The position numbers and the translations under genes were made by a program. The notes under the pieces were generated by a model, which worked only from the letters and a program-made list of their open reading frames with translations, made no database searches and had not been told where the DNA came from. Shown piece after piece: positions 9,710 through 21,109 of a stretch of 64,000 nt of DNA; within the stretch, counting starts at the first letter, position 1, and each line of letters opens with the position of its first letter. Source of the DNA: Vicugna vicugna (Eukaryota); assembly GCA_013265495.1 (NCBI GenBank), contig MU057989.1:1257513-1321512 (forward strand). The letters are read 5' to 3'.

Positions 9710-12700
9710 ATAAAGGGACAGCTGTTTCTGTGGGGAAGCTGGGGTCCAGGACCCCTCTCCTCAGCAGGCACCAAGCCCTAGTCAGCATCCCAGGTGGGAG
9801 CAGGGATGGGAGCAGGACCACTTCCAACCGCAGGGCAGAGAAATAGTTAGGGCAACCTTACCCTATCCAGGCCTAGCCTTCTGCCAACAGGAGCTGCAGG
9901 GCTCCTAGGAGAGACTGGGGAGATGCTTGTGGCAGACACTGGCCAAGAGGACCCTCAAAGGTCCCCCCTCAGGGACAGGTCTGACCAGCAGTTCACTGCC
10001 TGCCTTCATCTGTGGAGGGGGTGCCTCTAGCCATGTCCAACCAGGACCTTGTGGGTGGTCCTGGACCAGGCAACACGCATGGCCCAGGCTGGGAGACCTT
10101 GCTCCCAGCCTCCTGCTCTAGCTACAGGAAGGGGCTTGGGTGGAGGGGCAGCACAGATTCTGAATAACAAGAACCCTCTGGTGGGCGGGGAGGGAGGGGC
10201 CGAGCCAGGGCTGTTAGGGGTAGGTAGCCCTGGGAAGGGACCAAAGGTCTGAGTCCAGCTTGCGGAGGCCTGGTATCCCTGTGATGCCCCCTTCCTTCTC
10301 TGCACTTGGGATGTACCCAGGCTTTCCAGAAACCCCGGAACTGGGAGTGTTTTCCAGGAAGCCACAGGCTAAGGTGGGGGCAGGGCCAGGGATACTGCGC
10401 TCAGCCCTGGCCTGGATCAGGTGCTGAGAGCTGCGGAACAGTGACAGATACATGGCACCTTTTCCTGTTACCCTTGGGCAGGAAGGGAGGTGGCCCTGCA
10501 AAGGCTGGAGTGAGCCTCCCTGAGGCCCCATGCCCATGTCCCTCCATGGGTCATGGTCCCTGGCCCCCAGCCTCACCCCAGCGGGAAGGAGGCAGCCCAG
10601 CCAGGCCTGGGGAACAGGCCCTGTGGCTCTGGGCGTTGATGTCAGCGCAGAGTCAGGCCCGGCCACGCGAGGCTCTGGATTCAATTATCGGCTGCTAAGG
10701 GTTTTGGCACGAGAAGGGAGGAGGCGAGTGGTGGGTCACAGCGGGCAGAGGGTGGTGGCAGTGGGCCTGGGTGGGGCCCCTTCTTCCTGAGGCAGTGGCG
10801 GCAGCAGCCCAGGTGGATTTCCTGTGGGCCTGGGTCCCATTAGAGGAACGGCTCTGGCGAGGCCTGCCCTCCCCTTTAGCGGCCCCGTCAAAGGGGCCAT
10901 TGTGGGCCTGTGGGCTGCTGCTAAACACAGAGGCTGCTGAATGAATGTTTTTGCTGCAAAGCTAAACCTGGCTAGTGGGACAGCAGGGGTGGGTAGCGGG
11001 GCCCAAAGGAAGGGGGCTGGGCACTCATGCCAGTCCTCTCAGAAAAGGTATCTGGGGGTCCCATCAGATGAGGGGCTGGGGGATGAAAGGAGGGCCAGGA
11101 GGAGTGGGGGACCAAGCCAAGATGCTGCTACTACCCAGGTGATCCTGATGGCCCCAGCCGAGGGACTGGGGCAGATGTGGGGAAATGCCAGCCCCAACTG
11201 CTGGGTCCTCGCTGCCACAGGCCCTGTGTCACCCAAGCTACACTTGCTCCCATTGCAGGCCCAACAAACCCTATACAAAAGAGAATCTCAGGCCAGGAGA
11301 GGTGGCAGGGACGGATCCCAGCACCTGCTCCCTGGCCCGGGGGAAACTGCCAGCCTTGGGTTGGAGGGGCTGCTATGAGCAGCAGAAGCTACCAGGCGGG
11401 GAGAGGGGCTCCCAATCTCCAGGGAACACACTGGGATGTGGGGCCAGTGCCTCTGGCCAGAGGCAGACACCTCAGTATGAAGAAGCAGAGCCCGAGTCCC
11501 AGCCTCCACCCTGCACAGGCTTGCTGCTGGGGGACCTCAACAGAGGCTCAACTTCTCTGGCTTCAGCTGCCTCTTTGGTAACATATGGAGAAAAATCCCC
11601 TTCTGCCTTCAATACTGCTGACCCTTCACCCAGCCCAGGAGCAGGGTACCTGAGACAGGTGGTGTTTCTGCATGTCCAGGACATGAGCTGCTCCATCAGC
11701 CCAGGCCCTGCCGGTAACCCCTGCCTCCAAACTGCCCAGGGCCCAGCACACAGGAAGTGCAGAGAAGCCATCTGTGGACCTGCCCCCTGAGCCCGGCCTT
11801 ACAGAGAGGACCTGACGCCCTGCTCTTCCCACCCTGGCCCGTCTCCTCCTGGGGAGGTGCACTCCATGAACAACAGGGATGAGCCAGGGAGGCCATAGGT
11901 GGGAGCAGAGACGAAGGCCCCTGGGAGGGTGGGGCCCTGGGTCCTATCCTGGGAGAGGATAAGGAGGGCCATGTGTCTGACCCCCCCCCCGCCCCCTCTA
12001 GCTCTTCCAAGAGCTCATACTGTTCTACCCAAATTGAGTCGGAAAATCTGTAAAACAGAGAAGAAACTGAGAGGGTGTGGTGGAGACCCATACCATAACC
12101 ACAGCTGACACCCTGCACTTTCCACTTTTAGTCCAGTTCACACAGCAGTCCCCAGAACCCCAGGGGGCTCAAGAGGGGCTCTGCCTTCCAGGGAGCCAGG
12201 GAGATCAGGGGACCCGCCACCTCTCAGGCCAGCCTAGAGGCTGGCATGCATCCCTGGCGTCCACCAGCTTTGTAGAGGGCTGGAGAGTCCCGGCTCCTCC
12301 GCCAAGGGCGTGGGCCCAGTGGGGCAACGGCCAGGACTGGGGGACGGAGGGGGCGGGACACTGGCCTGGCCGCCCATCTGGGAGTGATTTGAGAAATTCC
12401 AGGCCTCGCTGGCCCTGCGAAGCTATTCTTAACTGCTATAATTACAGGGTCAGCCTTGGCCAGTGGCACCATGGGGTCTGGGCATCATTAACTCCCCCAG
12501 GGGCCACGCTGGGGCTGGGCAGGGACTGCTCGTGAGGGGAGGGAGACCAACACAGACCAGGGGTGGAGCCTGGGAGACAGGAAGTGGTGGGGTGAGAAGC
12601 ACTTCATGGCTAGTGCCTTGGTCCCTTTTCCAGGCTGGGCCAGCTCCCTCTCTGCAGTGGGGGTGGCCTGTAGGGAAGGGGGCTATCTGGCCTGGTAGGG

Positions 12701-13823
12701 GAAGCGTGGAGGATGAGATACCAGTATAGCATAAGAGCTAGGGGAGGGGTTGCTAGACATGAAGCCAGGAAGCCTGGGAACTCTGATTCCTCCAGTGCAG
12801 AGGGTCCTGGTAACATCCCCTTAAGTCCCCAGGGCCAAGAGCAGACAGAGGCCACCTACTGTGTGCTTTTAAGGAAGGTAGGGGATCTCAGTTTCACCTC
12901 CCTCATCTGCAAAATAGGCCTTTCCAGCTCCCCAGCCTCTCCCTGGGCTATGAGAGAGGATGGAAATGGAGGATCACTGCCGCCCTGACTGTTACCCCTT
13001 CTCTGGGGGCTCTCAGCTGGGGTTGCCCTGGCAGGCGCACTTACAACAGTCTTCCCTGCCCTGGACACGGCCCTCGGTGCTCCTGAAGCTTGGACAGGTC
13101 ACTGAGCCCCCTGTGACTCAGTTTCCCTAGTTGTAAAACAGAAGAGGAAGGGGCTAGATGGATATCCAAGGACCCTGTCCTGGCCCTGACCTTACGGTCC
13201 CTGCCTGGGTACAGGTCTCAGCAAGGCACCCCAAGAGTCACAGGTGAACAGGGACCAGGCCCCGCCTCTCTGGTCCCAGCCAGGGTGGTCCCCCAGGTGC
13301 CTGGGCTGTCCCTGCACAGAGCTGGCTCAAGCCAGGACCCCAAGGGCACCACCATAAACCCTCATGCACACACTTCCAGGATCACGGAAGGATGAGGTAC
13401 ATTTGTACCTCTAGGCTGCTTACACCACCCTCACCTCAACCCATTCAGGACAACCAGGGAGAAGCACATGGCCTGGGTGGAGGAGGTCTCATAGAGGCTG
13501 CGGGTCCAAGGCCTGCTTCCATCTGCCACTGGAGCCTCCAAACCTACCAGCCCACCTGTCCCCACGTCACCCTGCATCCACCCCACCATCACAGCCTCAG
13601 CTTTCTTGGTCCTCAGCTTGGTCCAAAATACAGCAAAATCATGTGCATCCCCGCCCTGCCTGCCCCCAGCACCTGCTGAGTCTCAGTCCCCTCCCCAAAT
13701 GCCAAAACACACCAGTACAAGCCCCTGGGCGGTAGCCTGCCCCACCACCAGCAGTGTGCGTTCCTAGACACCATCTGGGCCCTTAATATCCTGCAGCCGT
13801 CCCAACATGCCAGACACTCCTAC

Positions 13824-13906
13824 CTGGGAGAGGTGTCCAGGGTGAGCGAGGTGAGGGCACTAGAGAAGAGCCGGGTATCCCAGAGCTTCACTTCACGCTC
13901 ACGCAT
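13824..13906 (-). CDS. CORO7: Coronin 7 exon 9 (MREREVKLWDTRLFSSALTSLTLDTSP-); last CORO7 exon found in the window
   Basis: CAG acceptor, GTAGG donor, 83 nt. No further CORO7-like exon found in 1-13823, so intron 9 (containing VASN) runs off the window. Confidence 0.96.
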
Positions 13907-14347
13907 CTGCATGGAGGGGATAGAGAGAGGCTCAGAGGGGCCTGTCCTTCAGGCCCCAGGGCTCCCCAGGAATCCAGGGACTGAGGACACAGCCTGGCAC
14001 AGGGGCACTTTCCCCAGAGCAGAGCTGGGAGAGCAGTCGGGGGTGGGGGTGAGTCATGCCAGGGAGGGAGAGCTTGGGTTTTCATGTCCTGCCCCTTTAA
14101 GAACCCTTAGGTGACAAGGGACAAGGGGCGGTTCCCTCCATGGACTCTGGTCCCTGGTGGGGGGGCCCACCACAGTTCCCAGGGTCAGGCTTAGCTACTG
14201 CAAATGGAATCTGCCAGTTTTCAGCAGCCGTCGGTCCCCTGGGGCTCTGAGACCCGGCTGCACGCAGGGCCGTATATGGACAGGCCAGGAGCCGGCCTCA
14301 CCCCAATCCTTAGTGCAGGGGCCCTGCTCATCTGGGAGGAGCCCTAC

Positions 14348-14434
14348 CTGGTTGAAGCCGGTGGACACAAGGTGCTCCTGGGTGCCCGTCCACACTAGCC
14401 GGCCATCCCTGCTGTTCTCATGGGCTTGTGTGCT
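14348..14434 (-). CDS. CORO7: Coronin 7 exon 8 (STQAHENSRDGRLVWTGTQEHLVSTGFNQ)
   Basis: CTCCAG acceptor, GTAGG donor, 87 nt, phase 0-0. Confidence 0.96.
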
Positions 14435-17400
14435 CTGGAGGAGGCAAGAGATGGTGCTAAACAACAGAGGCCTCCTTGGGGGAGCCACCCACCTGAGAGC
14501 CCCACGGAGGATAGGAAGGGCCAGGTCAGTGCCCCCCAGAAGCCAGGGGGGAACAGCTCTGCACCCAGAGGGCCGACCTGGCCAGCCAGCTTGCGCTCAG
14601 TCTCCCTCCTCCCACAGGGCCTGTCTGGATGCCCTCTTTCCACAGTGACGGGGCTCAGGACGGTGGTGCGTCCTTGCCCCTGCAGGTGTCCTAGGGGAGG
14701 CACTTGGCTGCCGGTCACTGTCCCCAGGGACCCCAGTGCCCTCTTGGAACTTCATTTTCCTTGCTCGTGGCCCAGGCTGCCTGCTTCTTAGGGCTGTTGT
14801 GAGGATCGACTGAGACCACATGTGACAGGAGCAGGCCTGCCACAAAGCACCGTGCAAATCGAGGGATTACAAGTATTACTGCTGCCTTCCGACGCTGCCA
14901 GGGGGCCCAGGAGAGGCACTGGTGCCAAACTTAGGGAACAGTCCCGGGGAGGGCAGAGAAGTGCCCCTCATCGCCCTCCTGCAGCGCTGGAGCTGCCAGC
15001 AGGAAGGCTTCCTGGGCCCCGGGGAGGAGAGGCGAGTTCACACCGCGGGCGGCCCTGTCCCCTGGGCCCAGGCAGCAGGGAGCTGAGGGGGCCAGAGGAA
15101 ATGCAAACAGCTCCCTCCCAGTCACCCTGGCCCCTGGAGCCTGAGACGAAAGACCCTGTTACCAAAAATAGCTCACCCCAAACTGTGGCCAGCTTCCTCC
15201 AAGCTTCCCACGGTCTCCTTGGGAATGAATGAGGGAGGGGGGTGGCTGTGAAGAGCTGGCCCAGCGCCCCCGCCCCAGCCCGTGGAGGCCGACCCCAGCG
15301 TGGGAGACCATCGGAAACGGCCCCGTGTGTCCTTCAAGGGGCTTTTCTCACTACTCCCTTCCCACCCACTGCAGTCAGCACAGGAAGCCAGGGCTGGAGC
15401 CTGAGAACCTGGGCCTGACATCCCTGTCTCCATGCAAGAGGGGCTGTGGGGTCAGGGGCGAGGATCAGCCCCGCCCCCAAAGCCCCAGAGTCAGTCAGAA
15501 GTGTCAGAAGGGCTCTTGCCCTCTCTTCAGTGTGCAAATGTCCCACGTGAGCAGCAGACCAGATGGCTCCTGCCACACCCCCACAGCATTCATGCACTCA
15601 ATAGACGTGCAGGCCTCCCCCTGGCGAGGCGCTGTGCCAGGATCTGGAGGTAGGGCCTGACACACCCCTCTCAAACGGAGGGTCATCCACTGGGTGAAGT
15701 GGGGCTGCTTATTCATTTGGTCTTTCGTGATATGAACATTTGAGCTACATACGACACGAGGCGCTGGGGACATGGTCAACGGCACAGAAAGGGATGCCAA
15801 ACTCACAAAGCATGTGAGTTGAAAGGCAGATGTGAACCAAACAGAAATAACAATGTCACCAGGTTGTCACCAGTGGAGCTTAAGAGCTCAAGCTTTGGAG
15901 TCAGACCGCCTTGGTGAAGGCCCTGCCACTATCAGCCTCATCCCAGGATGAGTTATGCAACATCCCTGTGCCTCAGTTTCCTGATCTGTACAAAGAGCAC
16001 TATAATGGACCCACTGTGGAGGCTGTGCCAGGGCTAGGTTTACACTGGTGAAGCACCCAGGGTTGTGTTTGGAACACGTCAACAGGCATTTTTTAAAGCA
16101 TGGTAATGGGGTACAATAAGAGTATAATTGAGGGAAGTGATCTGAGGTAACATTCGAGTTAAGATGTGAAGGATTGACAGGCGTGAGCCAGCAGAGGGAC
16201 CAGCACCTGTGAAGAGTCGGGGCCTCGGAGAGCAAAGAGCCCAGCAGAGCCAGCACTGGGGTCAAGGGAGAGGCGGAGGTGTCCAGGGCCTGCAGAGCCT
16301 GCAGGCAGCAAGAGCATTTTCATCCAGAGGCACTGGCTGGGGATGGCACACTCCTTGGCCCACGTCTCCCACCTTTCTACTTCACACGTGGAGAAACAGA
16401 GAAACCAGAGGCCCAGAGAGAGGAAGCCATCTTCCCCAAATTGCCCAGCAAGATAGCCACTGCTAACTGCCACTGTTCTCTATCTGCACAAGGGGAGCTG
16501 AGGCGAGGACAGGAGAGGAGACAGAGGCACAGCCAGAAGGCAGCAGAGCCTAGACCAGGAGGAGCCCAGGAAGCCGGCTTCCCCCAAGCACCGTGTGTTT
16601 CCCAGCAGTCATCCCTGGAGGAGCCCTAGATGAGGTCCCATGGGGGAACCAGGCTGCTGGGCAGGGCGGTGTGGGCTGGTGTGTCCTGCTCACCCCACAG
16701 CTCTCTACCCTGGCCTTGGGTCTCGGAGGGCATGGCCCCAAGGAAGTGGAGACAAGGTCAGAGCGTAGGCTTATCCCAGTGCACCCGCTGTGGGCACACC
16801 TAGCTCATTCTGCCCAGGAGTCACAGGAAGCCCTAGCAATGGGGGAGGGGTGGCCAAGGACCCCCCTCCGACCACCCTCTGTCATTAGATCATTAGAGTG
16901 ACTTTCATTTTCAAACAATGGCAAGCTGACCTCACTGGGACTTGGAAAGGAGGAGATCCCCAGATTCTCATCCTTCTGGGGCAAAGGGGAGGCTGCAGGC
17001 ACCTTGACACCCTGTCACAGGAAGCACTGGTGGTGATCCCCAAGCCTGCAGGCCAGGCCTTGGGGTCTCCCGCTCACAAGGAGCTGGGTATCCTGCTCAG
17101 TGCGCCCCCCCCCATCTCCCCAACACCTGGCCCCAAGGAGGGAACAGGAGGGGCTGAGGCCAGGCAGAGCTTGCCCAGCACAGGGGCGCCAGGAACAGGC
17201 ACATACCCGGCATTCCAGCCGCGGTGCAGCCAAATCCCCCTCTTTGTCGCCACGGCAACACTTCCTGTGTGGGGCAGGAAGGCTGAAGGAGGGGCCCTGG
17301 GCTCCTTCCTCGGGTAAGAGGGGTGAGGGGACCTTCCCCAGTGGTAAGACCCTTACCACTCATCCACACCCCTCCTAAGCCAGGCCCAGTTCTGGGCTCC

Positions 17401-19122
17401 AGATGCTGGCCCCGCCAGGCCTGCCTGACACACGGGGTGGTCGGAAGGCACAGTTCCGCCTGCCCATGCCAGAGGCCCTCCAGCCCCCACTGGCCACCAG
17501 ACGGGCGTCCAGAAGCCTCACTGTCCCTGGGTGCCCCCTTAGCTGTGGCTGCTACTTCTCAGGCACAGCCATGGCTGCAGGCTCAGGGGTGCCACTCCCA
17601 CCGGGGCCCTGGCACAGCAAAGGGGCAGCAGAGAGGCCGGGGGCTCTGGAGTCCAATGGACTGAACCCACCTCTGCCACCCAGCCATGTGACCCTGGGGC
17701 AAAAATGACCAAAGGGCTGAGTTTATAGGACGGTCATGAGGGTGGAAGGAAGTCATGTGTGCCAAGGGCCTGGGACACAATAACCCAACATAAATGCAAC
17801 CTAAAAAGAAAGCAAGGGTGTGAACAGGAGGGAGCCACCCAAGCATCCCCTGCTGTGTGCTCAGGTCACCAGAGGCGGGGCCAAAAACAGCCAAGGGAGG
17901 ACGCCTCAGGCCCTCTGCCCAGCCTCCAGGCTATGGGGACAGACCCTGGGGCAGGGAGGGCAGAGGCTGGAGGGAGGGCAGCGCCCCATCTAGTGGGGAA
18001 GGAGGATCTCAAGAGGAGGCACTCCCAGAAGGCCTCTCCCCCGATTTGGCCCCTGGGCTCACACCGACCCAGGCCGCCAGCAGCGGTTTTACTAATAGAA
18101 GCCAGGTGTGGGCCAGATGCCCTGGCGGAAGTGGGGGGCAGGGCCAGGCGGAGGGCAGCATTCCAGGCCCCGCTGCCCCCGCACCAGCAAGCGGAGCACA
18201 GGCACAGTCCCAGGAGTAGGGAGGGGGTGGGAGCCACCCACGCTCTTCCCAGGTCTCCTCAGTCCAGAAAACCCCTTCAGGGGGGCTCCCTCCAGAACCA
18301 GATCCTCTCCCTCCCTCTTCTCTGAACGTGGAGCTCCTTGGATGGCAGCCACTGCCGTCTCCACCTCAGCACCATCACTGTCCCTCTTGCTGGAGGAGGA
18401 GGAGGAGGGGAGGAAGGAGGAAAAGGCTCAGGCTAGGGGAGCTGGCCTCAGGCAAGGCCAAGCTGGGGCAGGGATGGAGGTGCCAGGCACTGTGCCCTGA
18501 AGCCTGGGTAGGAAAGGGCCACCTGAGAAAGCTGGGAGAGGGGGCCTCAGTCTCCCTCCTCCAGCTGAGCCTGGGATCCCTCTTCCAGGCAAAGACTGGA
18601 GGAGGGCTGCAGAAGGCTACAGTGAAGCCCACTGCTTATACCTACACTGCCGTGAGGCTCAAAACAGCTCCACCACCAGCCACAGGGCAACGGACCCAGA
18701 GCCAGCCTCACCAGAAGCACAGCCAGGCTGGGGCTGAAACCACTTCCGCTGGGCTGGGTTCACCTGTCAAGATGGGCCTCCCGTTAGTTTCCAGCCAGAA
18801 TTGGAACAGACCACACTGTCTTGGGCAAAAAGTAGCTGTTGGCTGCGTGAAGGGGCTCGTGTGTGTTTGCGTGTGTGCACGCACGCGCACGTGGGTAAGG
18901 GGGGGTGAGGCTCTCTGTCTCCTGGTTGGGTTTAGACTGGTGGATTACCCTCAATCCCAGGTGAGGAACAAGTCCTAGAAATAGAGATGGGGGCACCTGT
19001 GCGGGGCCTGGGGCATCTCTGGGGAGCTCTTCACCTGAGCTGGCAGCAGGGCCCTGAACTGAACTTCCTCAGAAAAGAAGGCTCCTCAGCTTCTAGAAAA
19101 AATTTTTTTAAATGTGTATCTG

Positions 19123-19281
19123 GGTGGGAGGGTATAGCTCAAGTGGTAGAGCATATGCTTAGTATGCACAAGGTCTTGGGTTCAATCCCCAATGCCTTCT
19201 CTAAAAATAAATAAATAAATCTAATTACCCTTCCCCCCAAAAAAACTAAATAAATAAATCACTCTTCAAAAAATCAATAAA
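19123..19281 (+). mobile_element. tRNA-Ala-derived SINE (vic-1-like)
   Basis: GGGTATAGCTCAAGTGGTAGAGC..GGGTTCAATCCCC head, AAATAAATAAATCTAATTACC tail; TSD TAAATGT..ATCTG. Confidence 0.88.
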
Positions 19282-20108
19282 TAAATGTAAATCTGTTCAT
19301 CTCACTGCTTGCTTATTAACTCTAATGGCTTCCCACAGCGCAGGTGACAGGTCTCTTATTCGGGATCCTGGGACAAGCTTGACCCACCCCAGGCCGTCCG
19401 CATCACTCAGGCCTCAGCTCCTCAGGGAAGCACTAAACCACTCCAGCAAGAGAAACCCCCTAGCAATGGTCCCATGTCTGTCTTGTTCACCATAGAACAT
19501 TCTGTGCTTGGCATCAAGCTGCTCTCAAATGAATGAACGATTCCCCGGGGGCTCCGTGCCTGTAGCGTGAACCCATGGCCTGGCCTCTCCACTTGAAGGG
19601 CCACATGCACCCCATGCACAGCCGCACACACAAACCAAACACACTCGGTGCCTGAGGCCCACAGTTCTGGCAGGGCCCCCAACACCAGCTGTGAGATTGG
19701 AGGGGTGCAGAAGGTGGGGGCCGTGCTTTCTTTGGCTCCTCCATAACTGGCCTCTGCTAACCGTACCAGGAAGAGTGGGTGGGGATGAGGGTCTCAAAGA
19801 AGGAGAGGAAGTTGGAATCTCAAATTAGCTTCCTGAAGCCACAGGATGCCTCCACTGAAGGCCTGTGGGCAGCCTGGCTGCACCCCACCCTGTGATCAAA
19901 GCTGGACCCTCCCAGGACCCAAGACACGCTTCCCAGAAAGAGCTTCCAGCAGTGGGAGCCACCTCCCAGGTGACCCCCCACGTCCCCGGCAGGCCTTGGC
20001 CAGGGGCGCAGGGTATGGCAGAACCTGTGTACCAGCGGCGCCTGCCCCCACCCACACCTACTGGAGCCACTGGGGCCTCAACCCAGCCCTGCTGCCCACA
20101 CAACTCAC

Positions 20109-20159
20109 CTGGGAGGCCTCAGGCTTAGCTCTGGGGTCAAAGATCCGCAGCTGCTTGTC
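20109..20159 (-). CDS. CORO7: Coronin 7 exon 7 (DKQLRIFDPRAKPEASQ)
   Basis: Translated by hand: TTTTCCAG acceptor, GTGAGT donor, 51 nt; coronin DK.LRI.DPR motif. Confidence 0.96.
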
Positions 20160-21109
20160 CTGGAAAAGCAGGAAACAGAGAGCACATTTAGGGCAGGGAG
20201 GGTATCTGGGGCCTGCCTGTCTCCCCCATCCCTAGGCACTAATGGTCCCATCTCCCTCCCCCAGTACCTAGGGCAGGCAACACACACCAGGGTGATCCCT
20301 CCCCAGACCAGTTCCTCTTCTCACAGCAAAGGGCAGGCCCCCTTTCCTGCCCCAGTCACCCACACAGAGAACTCAGGGACAAGAGTTCACATTTCCTGAG
20401 CACCTACTAGGTGCTGGGCATGTGACACGCATGACCTTGCCCCATCTTTCCAACTACCTTATGAAGTGTGCTATCACCATGACCCCTTTGCAGACGGAGA
20501 AACTGAGGCTCAGAACCAAACTCTAGGTTACCCAGCTGCTGTATGTGTGTCCGGGCCTGTGCTTGGCCCAGCCCAGAGGGGTTCATGGGATATCACTTCT
20601 ACACTTAACTTTGCATCTCACCAGGATGGCAAGCTTACACATCCATCCATCACTCAGCACTCAATTACTGGTTCAGAACACCCTAGGCGGGGGTGGGGGG
20701 GTGGGAACAGTAAGAGCTTTATATCTGTGGAATAATCTGTGTGTGAGTGTACACAAAGGTACTTGAATAAAGAACTGGGGGAGGGAAGCACAATCTGTAT
20801 TCATTGATGATTAATTGGCTTGGCCTCTATAAACTGTTAAGTGCTAAAAGGAAGATACAGAATGACACAGCATGATATGATTCTGCTGCGGTAAAAGCAA
20901 ACAGAAATCCCCATCTGTCTGACCACATTCCTGTACGTTTTCCAAGTCTGCTGAACAAGGAGAAGGGTCTTGACTGGCCCGGGGCGTGTGTTAACGCTGG
21001 ATACCAGGAGAGAGGCAGGTGAGGGGTGACCAGCTTTTCCTTTTCACACCTTAGCATGGCTCCATTTTGTTTCAATCAGCACAGATTCATAATTTCATAT
21101 TTTGAAAAA

